A DNA stretch of 64,000 bases from Podarcis cretensis (lineage: Eukaryota): positions 87,172,001 through 87,236,000 of the forward strand of contig OX638149.1 in assembly GCA_951804945.1 (NCBI GenBank). The letters run 5' to 3'. Numbering within the stretch: position 1 is the first letter of the stretch; each line of letters opens with the position of its first letter. The notes under the pieces are model-generated. The model worked only from the letters and a program-made list of their open reading frames with translations, was not told where the DNA came from and made no database searches. Of this stretch, positions 62,145-64,000 are shown in pieces. Position numbers and translations under genes: made by a program.

Positions 62145-64000
62145 GAGCCATTCCTTTCTCCCAGGTGCCAGCTTTATTCACCGGAAACATTCCCATCAGC
62201 ATCCATTGATCACTAGCTTTATGGCTCATAATCCTCGCCCCATTGACTCTGGAAAGGCAGGCAGAGGAGGGGGCAGAATGTGGGACTCCTTTCTCGGTTA
62301 TTACGCACTTTGAGCAGGGGCCCTTCCTCCTTTTTCCTCCTGCCCTGGCAGCTTCTCTGGGAAGCCAGTGGTGAAGGGAAGAGGGTCACTTTCCTAGCAG
62401 CCTGACAGGTGCCTAGTTGTGGGGCAAAGGGGGCAGGAGAGGGGCTGACATGAAAATACACCATTCCTGGCAGCAAGATGTATAAGCAAGTGTTGCTTTC
62501 CACAGGCACTGGAAGTTCATAAGGACACTTTCATGTTCAAACCCCCCCCCCCCAATTTCCACCTTCTGATGTGTGTCCCACCAAGTCAGACTTGGAAGCA
62601 ACAGGCAGTGCCCTTTTCTTTCATATTTGGCAGTAGCACCATCAAGCTGGCAAGTTCTCTGCGGCTCCATCCCGGAAATGTTCCTGGACTAATGCTGTGA
62701 GAAAGGCAGCACCCGCATGCGTGAATATGGATGTGGCATCAACAGGTTTGCGACGTGCTGAGGGGTTCCATCTGGGTCAGTGCTGAAGTGGCAACATGGG
62801 GTACGCTGTGCGTCAGGGGTCTGATGGCACTGTTCCCTTTTGTGCCAGGACTCAGAGTCAGTGCCAGCTGAATCATGCCTGTCAGCCTGAGCACACCAGA
62901 TTCCTTGTAGCTGAGCCCTTAGGAAAACATTATAGCTGGTGGTGTTATCCCGGGGTCCTCCTGGCTTAAAGACCAATTGTTTTTCAGAGGATGATTCCTG
63001 CCTTAGATGCTGATCGCCCAAAATAACTGCTGATCGCCCCTTACACACACCACAGCCTTTGCTTTGCCTCTGAAGCACTGGGATGCAATGAGCGCCAGCC
63101 GGCTGACACCTGTGCACTGTACCACACGGCAGCCTCACTTTGTTCTCATTATCGCAATGAGTGGAGCCGTCACACTGAATTAAGGCTCTTCCTGTGCATA
63201 GCTCCGAGCCACTGAGCACACAGCAGCCACCAGCCACAAGGGCTCTGAGTTTCGGCTTGCAGCAGCCGCTGTCTCCACTACCCAGCAACGAGTCTTGCCA
63301 TATGTCTTTCCCAGAACCTGGGAAACAGGGCTCTCATGCATACACACTGCGCACACCCACACCCCACCCCATGATCTGTGTGATGAAGGAAAGCCAGAGC
63401 TGGGGGCATTCTTAAAGGTGCAAGATCCTGGACTTGATGACCCTAGATCATGGCCCCAAGGAAAGCTCACAGTCATCGCAGCCGCCAAGACTGAGGAGCA
63501 AGAGCTCCCTTCACAGGGAAAAGTGACCAAAGCTTCCATTCCAGCTTAACCCTTCAAACCCAGCTTAAACCCATACCTGAATGAGATCCAAATTTCGATA
63601 TGAATGAGTCAGTATATAGAAAAAACAGCCCTAAATTCAGGCAAAGTGTAGAATGGACTGCAGGGGAGGAGAGATAACATGCCTGTTCTGTTTAGGGGTA
63701 AAAAAAAATCCCCATGCAGTTGAAAGTGCTGTACCAGCCCCAAATTAGCCCTTTAAGAGATAGGCGGGGGGGGGGGGGAGAGAGAGAGAGGGAGGGAAGA
63801 GAAGAGAAGATTTCTGCCTGCCCTCACTGCTGAATTACTTTGCAGAGTTAGCACACAGCTTGAAAGCTGTCTGTGTATTGAATCCTTGCTGGCAGAGCAG
63901 GCTTACTTTAGTTGCAATCACACACAGAGACAGTTGGTATGGAAAATAAGAAAGCTTAAGTTTATTACAGGATATGCATACTAGAATAGAAAAGAGTTAT

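Noticed and set aside
62689-63288. 199-aa minus-strand ORF
   Set aside because: No recognisable homology; composition typical of a chance ORF in GC-richer DNA.

Overview
Vertebrate, essentially non-coding DNA from a squamate reptile, most likely a lacertid lizard. The taxon is inferred from a Sauria/POM-type SINE, Squam3-type SINEs, BovB and the squamate-type L2, CR1 and MITE repertoire. I can support no host protein-coding gene, tRNA, rRNA or CRISPR array; the only protein-like ORFs are decayed L2, CR1 and BovB fragments. The window reads as a large intron or gene desert with two layers. (1) Transposon debris: L2, CR1, BovB, Penelope-like ends carrying a decayed hammerhead ribozyme, a Tc1 end, and Tigger-, hAT- and Harbinger-like MITEs, several nested with clear TSDs. 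(2) Repeat-poor, CpG-retaining islands rich in transcription-factor motifs, including a CpG island at ~15.9-16.65 kb. The most interesting signals point to a neuronal regulatory locus: a tandem pair of RE1/NRSE (REST) sites at 57.35-57.40 kb, a non-canonical 7-bp-spacer RE1 at 33.27 kb, and a candidate 35-nt cassette exon at 24.91 kb followed by five TGCATG (Rbfox) motifs. I found no evidence of a wholly new biological system. Family names come from recall of consensus sequences, not database searches, and all functional claims are hypotheses.
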